DNA of 64,000 nucleotides from Actinomycetota bacterium (GTDB lineage Bacteria; Actinomycetota; Actinomycetes; Streptosporangiales; Streptosporangiaceae), in the NCBI GenBank assembly GCA_003168255.1, contig PMSU01000071.1:4601-68600 (forward strand), read 5' to 3'. This document shows positions 28,894 through 37,467 of this stretch, piece after piece; position 1 is the first letter of the stretch; every line of letters begins with the position of its first letter. The position numbers were made by a program, and so were the translations under genes. The notes under the pieces were generated by a model. That model saw only the letters and a program-made list of their open reading frames with translations. It made no database searches and was not told where the DNA came from.

Positions 28894-28936
28894 GGCCCTG
28901 TGCTGGGGCACGTGTACCCCAGGAGGCCCGTTTTGT
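28894..28936 (+). terminator. terminator/attenuator-like hairpin followed by a T-tract in the ABC-F leader
   Basis: GGCC..CTGGGG-CACGTGTA-CCCCAG..GGCC followed by CGTTTTGT. Ends 33 nt before the ABC-F ATG. Confidence 0.4.
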
Positions 28937-28968
28937 CCGGTACATCCTAATTCTGGAGTGGCAGTCAG

Positions 28969-30567
28969 ATGATCACCGCACGAGAGCTTGAGCTGCGCGC
29001 TGGCGCACGCCTGCTGCTACAGGAGGCAAGCTTCCAGATCGCGCCCGGTGACCGGATCGGTCTTGTCGGCAGGAACGGCGCGGGCAAGACCACGCTGGCC
29101 CAGGTGCTGGCGGGCGAGGCGCAGCCGGCCGCAGGCACGGTCCGGCAAGCCGGCACGGTCGGCTACCTGCCGCAGGACCCGCGCACCGGCGACCTGGAGG
29201 TACTTGCCGTCGACCGGGTGCTGTCTTCCCGAGGTCTGGACCAGCTGCTCGGCGCCATGCGCGCGGCCGAGGAGCAGATGGCCGCGACCGACCCAGGCAA
29301 GCGGGACGCAGCCGTGCGCAGGTACGGGAATCTCGAGGAGCGGCTGACCGTGCTAGGCGGGTACGCGGCCCAGGCCGAGGCGGCTTCGCTGGCCGCCAGT
29401 CTTGGCCTGCCAAGCCGGGTGCTCGGCCAGCCCCTGCACACCTTGTCTGGCGGCCAGCGCAGGCGGATCGAGCTCGCCAGGATCCTCTTCGGCGGGGCGG
29501 AGACGCTGCTGCTGGACGAGCCCACCAACCATCTGGACGCCGACTCCGTCGTCTGGCTGCGCGACCATCTCCGGGCATTCCGCGGCGGCCTGGTGGTGAT
29601 CAGCCACGACGTCGGCCTGCTTGACATGGTGGTCAACAAAGTGTTCTACCTGGACGCGCAGCGCTGCGTCCTGGATCAGTACAACCTGGGCTGGCGGGCT
29701 TACCTAGCGCAGCGTGAAACCGATCAGGCGAGGCGCAAGCGCGAGCGGGCGACCAACGAGCGCAAGGCCGCCGCACTCCAGGCCCAGGCGGCCAAGATGG
29801 GGGCCAAGGCGACGAAGGCCACCGCGGCAAAGGTCATGCAGCGCCGCGCCGAGCGCCTGCTTTCCGTGCTGCCTGCCGAGGAACGAGCGGACAAGGTCGC
29901 CAAGCTGCGATTCCCGGTGCCGGCCCCGTGCGGGCGCACCCCGCTGACCGCGACCGGGCTGACGAGGTCGTACGGCTCACTTGAGGTCTTCGCCGGAGTG
30001 GACATGGCCGTGGACGCGGGCAGCCGGGTGGTGGTGCTCGGCCTGAACGGGGCGGGCAAGACCACCCTGCTCCGGCTGCTCGCCGGGATCGACACCCCCG
30101 ACGCCGGCGCGGTCAGGCCCGGTCATGGGCTCAAGCTCGGCTATTACGCGCAGGAGCACGAGACGCTCGACGTGAGCCTGACGGTCATAGAGAACATGCG
30201 GTCTGCCGCGCCCGAACTCACCGACGCCGAGCACAGGCGCCTCCTCGGCTCGTTCCTGTTTCCCGGCGACGACGTGGAGAAGCTGGCCGGCGTGCTGTCC
30301 GGCGGCGAGAAGACCAGGCTTGCGCTGGCCATCCTCGTGGTGTCCGGCGCGAACGTGCTGCTGCTCGACGAGCCCACTAACAACCTCGACCCGGCCAGCC
30401 GGGCAGAGATCCTGGGTGCGCTGCGCGCATACCGCGGGGCGATCGTGCTCGTCACGCACGACGAGGGTGCCGTCGAGGCGCTACAACCCGAGCGGGTGGT
30501 GCTGCTTCCGGACGGAATCGAGGACGCCTGGAGCGACGACCTTGCCGAACTGGTGGCGCTCGCCTGA
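28969..30567 (+). CDS. ABC-F family ATPase (ribosome-associated translation factor / antibiotic-resistance type; no membrane domain)
   Basis: Two NBDs (GRNGAGKTT..LSGGQRRR..LLLDEPTNHLD and GLNGAGKTT..LSGGEKTR..LLLDEPTNNLD). They are joined by a charged linker RETDQARRKRERATNERKAAALQAQAAKM. Confidence 0.9.
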   Translation: MITARELELRAGARLLLQEASFQIAPGDRIGLVGRNGAGKTTLAQVLAGEAQPAAGTVRQAGTVGYLPQDPRTGDLEVLAVDRVLSSRGLDQLLGAMRAAEEQMAATDPGKRDAAVRRYGNLEERLTVLGGYAAQAEAASLAASLGLPSRVLGQPLHTLSGGQRRRIELARILFGGAETLLLDEPTNHLDADSVVWLRDHLRAFRGGLVVISHDVGLLDMVVNKVFYLDAQRCVLDQYNLGWRAYLAQRETDQARRKRERATNERKAAALQAQAAKMGAKATKATAAKVMQRRAERLLSVLPAEERADKVAKLRFPVPAPCGRTPLTATGLTRSYGSLEVFAGVDMAVDAGSRVVVLGLNGAGKTTLLRLLAGIDTPDAGAVRPGHGLKLGYYAQEHETLDVSLTVIENMRSAAPELTDAEHRRLLGSFLFPGDDVEKLAGVLSGGEKTRLALAILVVSGANVLLLDEPTNNLDPASRAEILGALRAYRGAIVLVTHDEGAVEALQPERVVLLPDGIEDAWSDDLAELVALA

Positions 30568-30580
30568 CCGGTGCCGGGCG

Positions 30581-30624
30581 CGCACTGCGCGGTGGAAGAA
30601 ACACGCACTGCGCGGTGGAAGAAA
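30581..30624. repeat. tandem direct repeat, 21-nt unit CGCACTGCGCGGTGGAAGAAA twice with period 23
   Basis: Identical copies at 30581-30601 and 30604-30624, 14 nt after the ABC-F stop. Two TGATCA palindromes follow. Confidence 0.85.
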
Positions 30625-30731
30625 AAGAACTGATCATTTGCCTGGATGTGGGTAGCCGATCTAGCTTTGATGAGTGATCATGGCGAGAGAGATGGTGACG
30701 CAGCGATCACTACTTATCACGGGAGGTACGT

Positions 30732-30953
30732 GTGACCGAGACCCTCAAGAAAGGCACCCGGGTAACCGGTGCTGACCGCACTAAGCTCGCGTCTGACCTT
30801 AAGAAGAGGTATGACGCGGGGGAGAGCATCCGCTCCCTCGCCGCCGCGACCGGCCGGTCGTACGGCTTCGTGCACCGCATCCTGAGCGAGACTGGTGTCT
30901 CCCTGCGCGGCCGTGGCGGTGCGACCCGCGGCAAGGCCAAGGGCCGGCGCTGA
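30732..30953 (+). CDS. small helix-turn-helix protein (73 aa)
   Basis: GTG start behind GGGAGG. ESIRSLAAATGRSYGFVHRILSETG is an HTH, followed by a basic tail. Confidence 0.8.
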   Translation: MTETLKKGTRVTGADRTKLASDLKKRYDAGESIRSLAAATGRSYGFVHRILSETGVSLRGRGGATRGKAKGRR

Positions 30954-31004
30954 GCACTGACCAGCCGGAGACTGGCACCTGCCGCCAGCCCACCGGAGGA
31001 TCCC

Positions 31005-31823
31005 GTGACGCTAGATCCGGCTGACCTGGAACTGGCCGGGCTCCGGCTGGACATCGATACACCGCAGCGAGCCGACGGCACGCAAGCGGCCGGCGCGGTC
31101 GCGACCGTGACGCTTAGCCGCCCCCGCCGCCGTAACGCGATGACCCCGAGTATGTGGCGGGGGCTGGCCAAGATCGGTAGCGCACTGCCCCCGCAGGTGC
31201 GCGTTGTGGTGATCAGGGGAGAGGGCCAGTCCTTCTCCGCTGGAATCGACCTGAGACTATTCTCCGCCGAGGGCGTGCCAGCGGAGGGACCGCTGCCCGA
31301 CCTTCGCAGCGATGGCTTCGAGGCATGGATCGCCGACTGCCAGGCCGGGTTCAGGTGGCTGCGCCGGCCCGATATCGTCTCCATCGCAGCCGTACGCGGG
31401 CACGCCATCGGCGCGGGATTCCAGCTGGCGCTCTCCTGCGACCTGCGGGTATTCGCCGAAGACGCCAAGGTATGCATGAAGGAGCCAGCGCTCGGCCTGG
31501 TCCCCGACCTGACCGGGACCAAACCGCTGGTGGACATCGTCGGCCTGCCGCGGGCGCTGGAAATATGCCTCACCACCCGGACCCTGGACGCCATCGAGGC
31601 CCGTGAACTCGGCCTGGCCGAGATCGTGGTGCCGGTTGACCGGCTCGACGAGGTGGTGGCCGACCTGTCCGCCGCGCTGCTGACCACCGACGCAGCCACC
31701 GCCCGGGCGACCAAGAAGCTCCTGAGCATGGCGGCAGGCAATACCCTTGAAGAACAGGCGGCGGCCGAACGCCGCATCCAGACGGAGTTGCAGCGGGAAC
31801 GGCTCGGCCCGCTCCCTTCATGA
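31005..31823 (+). CDS. enoyl-CoA hydratase/isomerase (crotonase) family protein
   Basis: RNAM..VVVIRGEGQSFSAGIDL and GHAIGAGFQLALSCDLR oxyanion-hole motifs. Confidence 0.9.
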   Translation: MTLDPADLELAGLRLDIDTPQRADGTQAAGAVATVTLSRPRRRNAMTPSMWRGLAKIGSALPPQVRVVVIRGEGQSFSAGIDLRLFSAEGVPAEGPLPDLRSDGFEAWIADCQAGFRWLRRPDIVSIAAVRGHAIGAGFQLALSCDLRVFAEDAKVCMKEPALGLVPDLTGTKPLVDIVGLPRALEICLTTRTLDAIEARELGLAEIVVPVDRLDEVVADLSAALLTTDAATARATKKLLSMAAGNTLEEQAAAERRIQTELQRERLGPLPS

Positions 31824-31972
31824 TCACGAAGACTCTGACGTACTGCCCCACCCTAAGCCTTCGTGATCACCGTCCGGGACGCCACCTGGCGGACTCCGGC
31901 GCCGTGCCAGGCGCCAGGTTCGCTGTCGGCTGATACAGGAAGAACCCGGAACCCGCGGAGGTTGCTCCGGTC

Positions 31973-33955
31973 ATGATGGGCGGCGGCGGGCACAGCGCTT
32001 GGGTGATGATGCGCGGGTTCACCCGCGATCCAAACATCACCAAGCAGCGGATCAAGCCGGGAACCGTGCGCAGGATCGGCACCTACGCCAGGCCATACCG
32101 CTGGTCCCTCGCGGCATTCCTGCTCGTCACCGTCCTGGATGCGGTGGTGACGGTCGCTTACCCGCTGCTGCTCAGGGTGATCATCGACGACGGAATCCTG
32201 CGCCACGACACCAAGGTCGTCGGGGAGGTCGCGGGCATCGTGGCCGGCCTCGCGCTGTTCGACGCCCTTCTCGGCTTCGCCTCGCGCTGGTACTCGTCGC
32301 GGATCGGCGAGGGCCTGATCTACGACCTGCGCACCGAGGTCTTCGCTCACGTGCAGCGCCAGCCGATCGCGTTCTTCACCCGGACCCAGACCGGCTCGCT
32401 GGTCAGCAGGCTGAACAGCGACGTGATCGGCGCCCAGCAGGCGCTCACCAGCGTGCTGTCCTCGGTGCTGTCCAGCCTGATCCAGCTGATCCTCGTGCTC
32501 ATCGCGATGTTCTACCTGTCCTGGCTCGTCACCCTCTTCGCGCTGGCCATGCTCCCGCTCTTCATCCTGCCGGCGAAGCTGATCGGACGTAAGCTACAGC
32601 GGTTCACCAGGGAGTCGATGCAGCTAGACGCCGAGATGGGCTCGACGATGACCGAGCGGTTCAACGTGGCCGGCGCCATGCTGGCCAAGCTCTACGGCCG
32701 CCCGGCGGAGGAATCCGGCCTGTTCAGCAACCGGGCCGCGCGGGTGCGTGACATCGGCGTGGTGACCTCGATGTACGGCGGGGTGCTCTTCATCTCGCTG
32801 ACGCTGCTTGCCTCGATGGCGACGGCGATGATCTACGGGGTCGGCGGCAGCCTGGCGATCAGCGGCGCCTTCGAGATCGGCACGCTGGTCGCGCTGACCA
32901 CCCTGCTGAACCGGCTGTACGGCCCGATCATGTCGCTGTCCAACGTGCAGGTGACGGTGATGACGGCGCTGGTCAGCTTTGACCGGGTGTTCGAGGTGCT
33001 CGACCTCAAGCCGCTCATCGACGAGAAGACAGGAGCGATAACGCTGCCCGGTCTTCGCGCCGACCTAGTCAAGGACAACGGGCAGGGCCAGCAGTGGCCA
33101 GCCGCCGCCAACGGACCCGCGCCCGAGATCGAGTTCGACGATGTGTCGTTCCGCTACCCGAAGGCCAGCGAGGTGTCGCTGGCTTCCCTGGAATCGATCG
33201 CACTGAAGACCGTCGAACGCGATGATGGCGGCCAGCTGATACTGGACGACGTCAGCTTCCGCGCCGCGCCGGGCAAGCTCACCGCCCTGGTCGGGCCGTC
33301 AGGCGCCGGCAAGACCACGATCACGCACCTGGTCTCCCGGCTGTATGACGCCGGGTCTGGAGTCGTCCGGGTCGGCGGGTACGACGTCCGCGACCTCACC
33401 CTGGACTCGCTGCACGGTGCGATCGGGGTGGTCACCCAGGACTCGCACCTGTTCCACGACACGATCCGCGCCAACCTTGCCTACGCCCGGCCTGATGCCT
33501 CGGAGCGCGAGCTCATCCTGGCCTGCCAGGCGGCGCAGATCTGGAACCTGATCTCGCAGCTTCCCGACGGGCTTGACACGGTGGTCGGAGATCGCGGCTA
33601 CCGGCTATCCGGCGGTGAGAAGCAGCGGGTGGCGATCGCCAGGCTGCTGCTCAAGGCCCCCTCGGTCGTGGTGCTCGACGAGGCCACGGCGCACCTGGAC
33701 TCCGAGTCGGAGGCGGCACTACAGCGGGCGCTGGCGACCGCCCTGGCGGGCCGCACCTCGCTGGTGATCGCGCACCGGCTCTCCACGATCAGGCAGGCCG
33801 ACCAGATCCTGGTCATCGACGCCGGCCGGGTCCGTGAGCGCGGTACCCACGAGGAACTGCTCGCCGCCGGCGGTCTCTACTCAGAGCTCTACCGCACCCA
33901 GTTCTCCCGCCAGGAGCCCGTCATCCCCGGCCCCGAGGCCGTTTCCTCCATTTAA
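31973..33955 (+). CDS. ABC exporter, fused TMD-NBD (MsbA/MdlB-like half transporter)
   Basis: Six-helix exporter TMD, then GPSGAGKTT, LSGGEKQRVAIAR and VVVLDEATAHLD. The start is uncertain (31973 or an internal ATG). Confidence 0.9.
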   Translation: MMGGGGHSAWVMMRGFTRDPNITKQRIKPGTVRRIGTYARPYRWSLAAFLLVTVLDAVVTVAYPLLLRVIIDDGILRHDTKVVGEVAGIVAGLALFDALLGFASRWYSSRIGEGLIYDLRTEVFAHVQRQPIAFFTRTQTGSLVSRLNSDVIGAQQALTSVLSSVLSSLIQLILVLIAMFYLSWLVTLFALAMLPLFILPAKLIGRKLQRFTRESMQLDAEMGSTMTERFNVAGAMLAKLYGRPAEESGLFSNRAARVRDIGVVTSMYGGVLFISLTLLASMATAMIYGVGGSLAISGAFEIGTLVALTTLLNRLYGPIMSLSNVQVTVMTALVSFDRVFEVLDLKPLIDEKTGAITLPGLRADLVKDNGQGQQWPAAANGPAPEIEFDDVSFRYPKASEVSLASLESIALKTVERDDGGQLILDDVSFRAAPGKLTALVGPSGAGKTTITHLVSRLYDAGSGVVRVGGYDVRDLTLDSLHGAIGVVTQDSHLFHDTIRANLAYARPDASERELILACQAAQIWNLISQLPDGLDTVVGDRGYRLSGGEKQRVAIARLLLKAPSVVVLDEATAHLDSESEAALQRALATALAGRTSLVIAHRLSTIRQADQILVIDAGRVRERGTHEELLAAGGLYSELYRTQFSRQEPVIPGPEAVSSI

Positions 33956-33960
33956 CAAGA

Positions 33961-34006
33961 TCGATGTGGCAGGGCCTACCACTGGTGGTAGGCCCTGCCA
34001 CATCGA
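33961..34006. terminator. 46-bp perfect palindrome between convergent genes (bidirectional terminator candidate)
   Basis: TCGATGTGGCAGGGCCTACCAC-TG-GTGGTAGGCCCTGCCACATCGA. Lies 6 nt after the ABC exporter stop and 58 nt after the secA2 stop. The minus-strand side is followed by TCTTGTTAAA. Confidence 0.65.
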
Positions 34007-34063
34007 CGACCTTCGATCCGAGGGCTGGGCTGGCGGGCCCCCGTGCGAACCGCCAGATGCGGG

Positions 34064-36478
34064 TCAGCTGGGCCGGGGCCGGCCGAGCAGGCGGCCGACG
34101 CTGCGGACCGCCCGCTCGATATCGGTGCCGAACGGGTTGTCCTGGACCAGGTAGGTCCAGGTGGCAGAGGGCCGCTTCAGGTCGCCGGCGCCCAGGTCGG
34201 CGCCGTCCTTCGTGATTGGCACGCTCTTGAAGGACTCGTCGGACCGCCGCTGCGCCTCGTCGAACAGGTCGTTGAAGCTGCGGACGGCTTCCTTGTGGAA
34301 CTGGTCGAGCGGGTCGAGGCCACGGCCGAGCGCCCGCAGGTGGATGCCCTCCCGCACGTCGGCGAGGTCGGCGATATGATCCGCCCAGCCGCGGTCGAGA
34401 TGGAACAGGGTGATCTGCCGGGCGGCCTCGGTCAGCACGTCCTCGGCTACCGTCTCGGACAGCTCCTCGAGCCGCTCCGGGCAGTGCTCGCCGAGCGTCC
34501 GCAGTGCGACGTCGGTGCGCAGTACCTGGTCGCGGTGGTCGAGCACGATCCGCCGCTGTTCCTCGATGAGCTTGTTGTAGCGCCAGGTGTTGCGGTGGAT
34601 TTCCAGGTTGACGCCCTCGGCGACGCGCTGCGCGTGGCCGAGCATCCAGTGCGTCCCCTGATCGGAGATCAGGCCGTCATCGTCGGCCTCATCGGGCGGC
34701 GCGGCGTCGGGGGCGTACTGGGTGACGAGGTCATCGTCCATGCTGGCGAAGAACACCGAACCGCCCGGGTCGCCCTGGCGGCCGGCCCGGCCGCGCAGCT
34801 GGTTATCCAGCCTGCTGCTCTCGTGCCTGCCCGTGCCGATGACCTGTAGACCGCCAAGGTCGGCTATCTGCTCCCTGTCGCCGCTGGCCCCGCCGAGCTT
34901 GATGTCGGTGCCGCGCCCGGCCATCTGAGTGGACACGGTGATCGCGCCGGCGCTTCCGGCCTCGGCGATGATCGCCGCTTCCTCCGCGTCGTTCTTGGCG
35001 TTCAGCACGACACACGGCAGGCCCTCGCGCTCGAGCCGGGCCGCCAGCCGTTCGGATTCTGCGACGTCTAGGGTCCCGATGAGGACCGGTCGGCCGGTCG
35101 CGTGAGTCTGGCCGACCTGCTCGGCGATTGCCTTCTCTTTGGCTTCCGCGGTCAGGTAGATGCGGTCGGGTTCGTCCTCGCGCACGCACGGCACGTTCGG
35201 CGTGATCGCCGCTACCTCGACACCGTAGAACTCGCGGAGCTGCTCGCCGACGGCCACGGCGGTGCCCGTCATGCCGCACACCGTCGGGTAGCCCCTGATC
35301 AGGGATTCGATAGTGATGCTGTCCAGGATCTCGCCGGTATCGGTCGCGTTCAGGCCCTCCTTGGCCTCGACCGCCGCGTGCAGGCCGTCGGGCAGCCGCT
35401 GTAGCCAGGCCACCCGGCCGCGGGACTCGCTGACCAGGCGGACCTTGTCGCCGGTGACGATGTAGTCGACGTCGCGCTGTAGCAGCGCGTGGGCGTGCAG
35501 CGCGACATTGAGCCGGGTGAGGGCGTCCAGATGCTCGTCGGTGTATAGGTCGACGTCGCCGAGCGCCTCTTCGGCGACTCGTGCGCCAGCGTCGGTCAGC
35601 GTCACGTTGCGGGCGTCTTCGTCGATCTGGTAGTGCGCGCCGCGACGCAGCCTGCGGACTATCGCGGCCATCGCGAGGTCCGCGTTCCCCTCCGCGGCGG
35701 TGCCGGCCAGCACGAGCGGTACCCGCGCCTCGTCGATCAGCACCGAATCCGCCTCGTCGATCAGGGCCACATCCGGCTCGGTGGCGACCATCGCGTCCAC
35801 GCTGACGGCGAGCCTGTCGCGGAGCACGTCGAAGCCGATCTCGCTGACCGGCGCGTAGGTCACCTGAGCCTGATAGGCACTGCGCCGTTCGGCCGGGGTG
35901 GATGACTGGTCGATCCAGCCGACGGTCACGCCGAGCAGGTCGTAGACGGGTCGCATCCACTCGGCATCGCGGCGGGCCAGGTAATCGTTGACGGCCACGA
36001 CGTGCACGGACCGGCCTGCCTGCGCATAGCCGGCCGCGGCGATCGCGCCGGACAGCGTCTTGCCCTCGCCGGTGGCCATCTCGGCGATCTGGCCGGCCAG
36101 CATCGCCATGCTGCCGATCAGCTGAACGTCAAAGGGCCGCTCGCCTAGGACCCGGCGCGCCGCTTCGCGTCCGACCGCGCAGAATTCGGCGTCCTGCACG
36201 GCGTCACCAGCCGCCTCGGCCAGTTCCTCGTCGGTCAGCTCGCGCAGCCTGTCCTCGCGGCCGGCGATCTGCGGCAGCAACTTGGAGTACCGGCTCAGGT
36301 CGGCTGTTCCTGGCCGCTGCAGGAAGCGCCGCACCCGGTTGCGCACGCCGCCAGCACCGCTAGCACCGGCGGCACTGCCAGCACTGGCGGCTGCAGTGGT
36401 TGTGGGTGGCACGTGGGAGTCAACGCTGTCGGGGGCGTCCTGGTTCCCGGTTCGTCGGCTTTGGCCTGGCAGCTTCAT
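34064..36478 (-). CDS. secA2: accessory preprotein translocase ATPase SecA2
   Basis: MATGEGKT Walker A and a LIDEADSVLIDEA DEAD box. At about 800 aa it is shorter than SecA1 and lacks the C-terminal zinc-binding tail. I recall close similarity to mycobacterial SecA2 (..RPFDVQL.G...LAG...EMATGEGKTL.GAIAAAGYA.AGR.VHVV..NDYLARRDAEWM). The start is uncertain (36478 or GTG 36346). Confidence 0.85.
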   Translation of the reverse strand: MKLPGQSRRTGNQDAPDSVDSHVPPTTTAAASAGSAAGASGAGGVRNRVRRFLQRPGTADLSRYSKLLPQIAGREDRLRELTDEELAEAAGDAVQDAEFCAVGREAARRVLGERPFDVQLIGSMAMLAGQIAEMATGEGKTLSGAIAAAGYAQAGRSVHVVAVNDYLARRDAEWMRPVYDLLGVTVGWIDQSSTPAERRSAYQAQVTYAPVSEIGFDVLRDRLAVSVDAMVATEPDVALIDEADSVLIDEARVPLVLAGTAAEGNADLAMAAIVRRLRRGAHYQIDEDARNVTLTDAGARVAEEALGDVDLYTDEHLDALTRLNVALHAHALLQRDVDYIVTGDKVRLVSESRGRVAWLQRLPDGLHAAVEAKEGLNATDTGEILDSITIESLIRGYPTVCGMTGTAVAVGEQLREFYGVEVAAITPNVPCVREDEPDRIYLTAEAKEKAIAEQVGQTHATGRPVLIGTLDVAESERLAARLEREGLPCVVLNAKNDAEEAAIIAEAGSAGAITVSTQMAGRGTDIKLGGASGDREQIADLGGLQVIGTGRHESSRLDNQLRGRAGRQGDPGGSVFFASMDDDLVTQYAPDAAPPDEADDDGLISDQGTHWMLGHAQRVAEGVNLEIHRNTWRYNKLIEEQRRIVLDHRDQVLRTDVALRTLGEHCPERLEELSETVAEDVLTEAARQITLFHLDRGWADHIADLADVREGIHLRALGRGLDPLDQFHKEAVRSFNDLFDEAQRRSDESFKSVPITKDGADLGAGDLKRPSATWTYLVQDNPFGTDIERAVRSVGRLLGRPRPS

Positions 36479-36481
36479 CGG

Positions 36482-37372
36482 TCAGTCGCCATATCCAACC
36501 CGGCGCAGTTCGTCGCCTGCGACCTTTTCCACCTCGGTGGCCTGCTCGGCGCTGAGCGTGCGGCGCCATGCCCCCGGCTCGAGGGCGAGGTGCGTGGGGT
36601 CGCGCAGCGCAATGGCGGAGACCCTGGCGCCGACGAATTCCGACACGGTGCCTGCCGCGGCATCTGGTTTGGTCACAAGTTCCTCGTAGCGAAGCGTGGT
36701 CAGCTGCTGCGTGGACAGGGTGGAGCGCAGCCGCGCGGACATCCGCACCGCCGATCTCCACCTCATCGCGCACTTGCCCGCGAGGGACAGTTCAGCCCAT
36801 CCAGCGCGGTCGGTCTCGTTCTCGACCCCAAAGAAGGGGTTCGGGAACTCAGTGTCCAGGTTAGCGAAGCTCTGCCGGAACAGGGTGAGGGTGTCGGAGT
36901 CGCCGAGCATTCCGGCCACCACATCGCGCCCGTCCCTGATCACCTGAACGAACCGCGCATCGGGGAAGGCATCGAGGAGCCCTTCGGCGCAATGGAGCAG
37001 TTCGGGGCTCGCGTCGCCGTACCTGGCGATGGAGCGCTCTGCCACACAGGGGCCGACCGAGTCCACTCCGCCGGCGAGACGGCACGCCGGGCTGCACATC
37101 GTGCAGCCGTCCGGGGTCAGCCGCCATGCCTGGGCGAAGGCATCGCGCAGCACGGAGGCGGCCGCCTCGCCGCGGCCGCGGGAGATGGACGGTCGTCGCG
37201 CGAACGCGTAGACGACATGCGTCACGCTGGGCTGCCCCATCGTGACGTGGAAGCCGGTAGACCGCTTGAGCGCACGCGCTACCAGATCCGTTCCGGAGTG
37301 AGGTGCTCCGAGCACGAACACAGGCTGGCGGACTTTCCGGCCGTTAACGACCAGTATGTGCAGGGTTCGCAT
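36482..37372 (-). CDS. sulfotransferase-family protein
   Basis: 5'-PSB-like loop VFVLGAPHSGTD and 3'-PB-like VIRDGRDVV. 296 aa. Its stop lies 3 nt from the longest secA2 start. Confidence 0.65.
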   Translation of the reverse strand: MRTLHILVVNGRKVRQPVFVLGAPHSGTDLVARALKRSTGFHVTMGQPSVTHVVYAFARRPSISRGRGEAAASVLRDAFAQAWRLTPDGCTMCSPACRLAGGVDSVGPCVAERSIARYGDASPELLHCAEGLLDAFPDARFVQVIRDGRDVVAGMLGDSDTLTLFRQSFANLDTEFPNPFFGVENETDRAGWAELSLAGKCAMRWRSAVRMSARLRSTLSTQQLTTLRYEELVTKPDAAAGTVSEFVGARVSAIALRDPTHLALEPGAWRRTLSAEQATEVEKVAGDELRRVGYGD

Positions 37373-37467
37373 GGCTGTTCACCAGTGTGACATCGTCAAG
37401 CCGGGTTCAAGAACAGCCCACGGACACGTTCCGGCAACGTCCTTGAGCCCCGGCCTGGGGCGCGTAT

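Noticed and set aside
36346-36478. 44-residue Ala/Gly/Thr-rich N-terminal extension of SecA2 as a distinct feature
   Set aside because: I cannot decide between ATG 36478 and GTG 36346 from the sequence alone. As I recall, mycobacterial SecA2 also has a long non-conserved N-terminus, so nothing unusual can be claimed.
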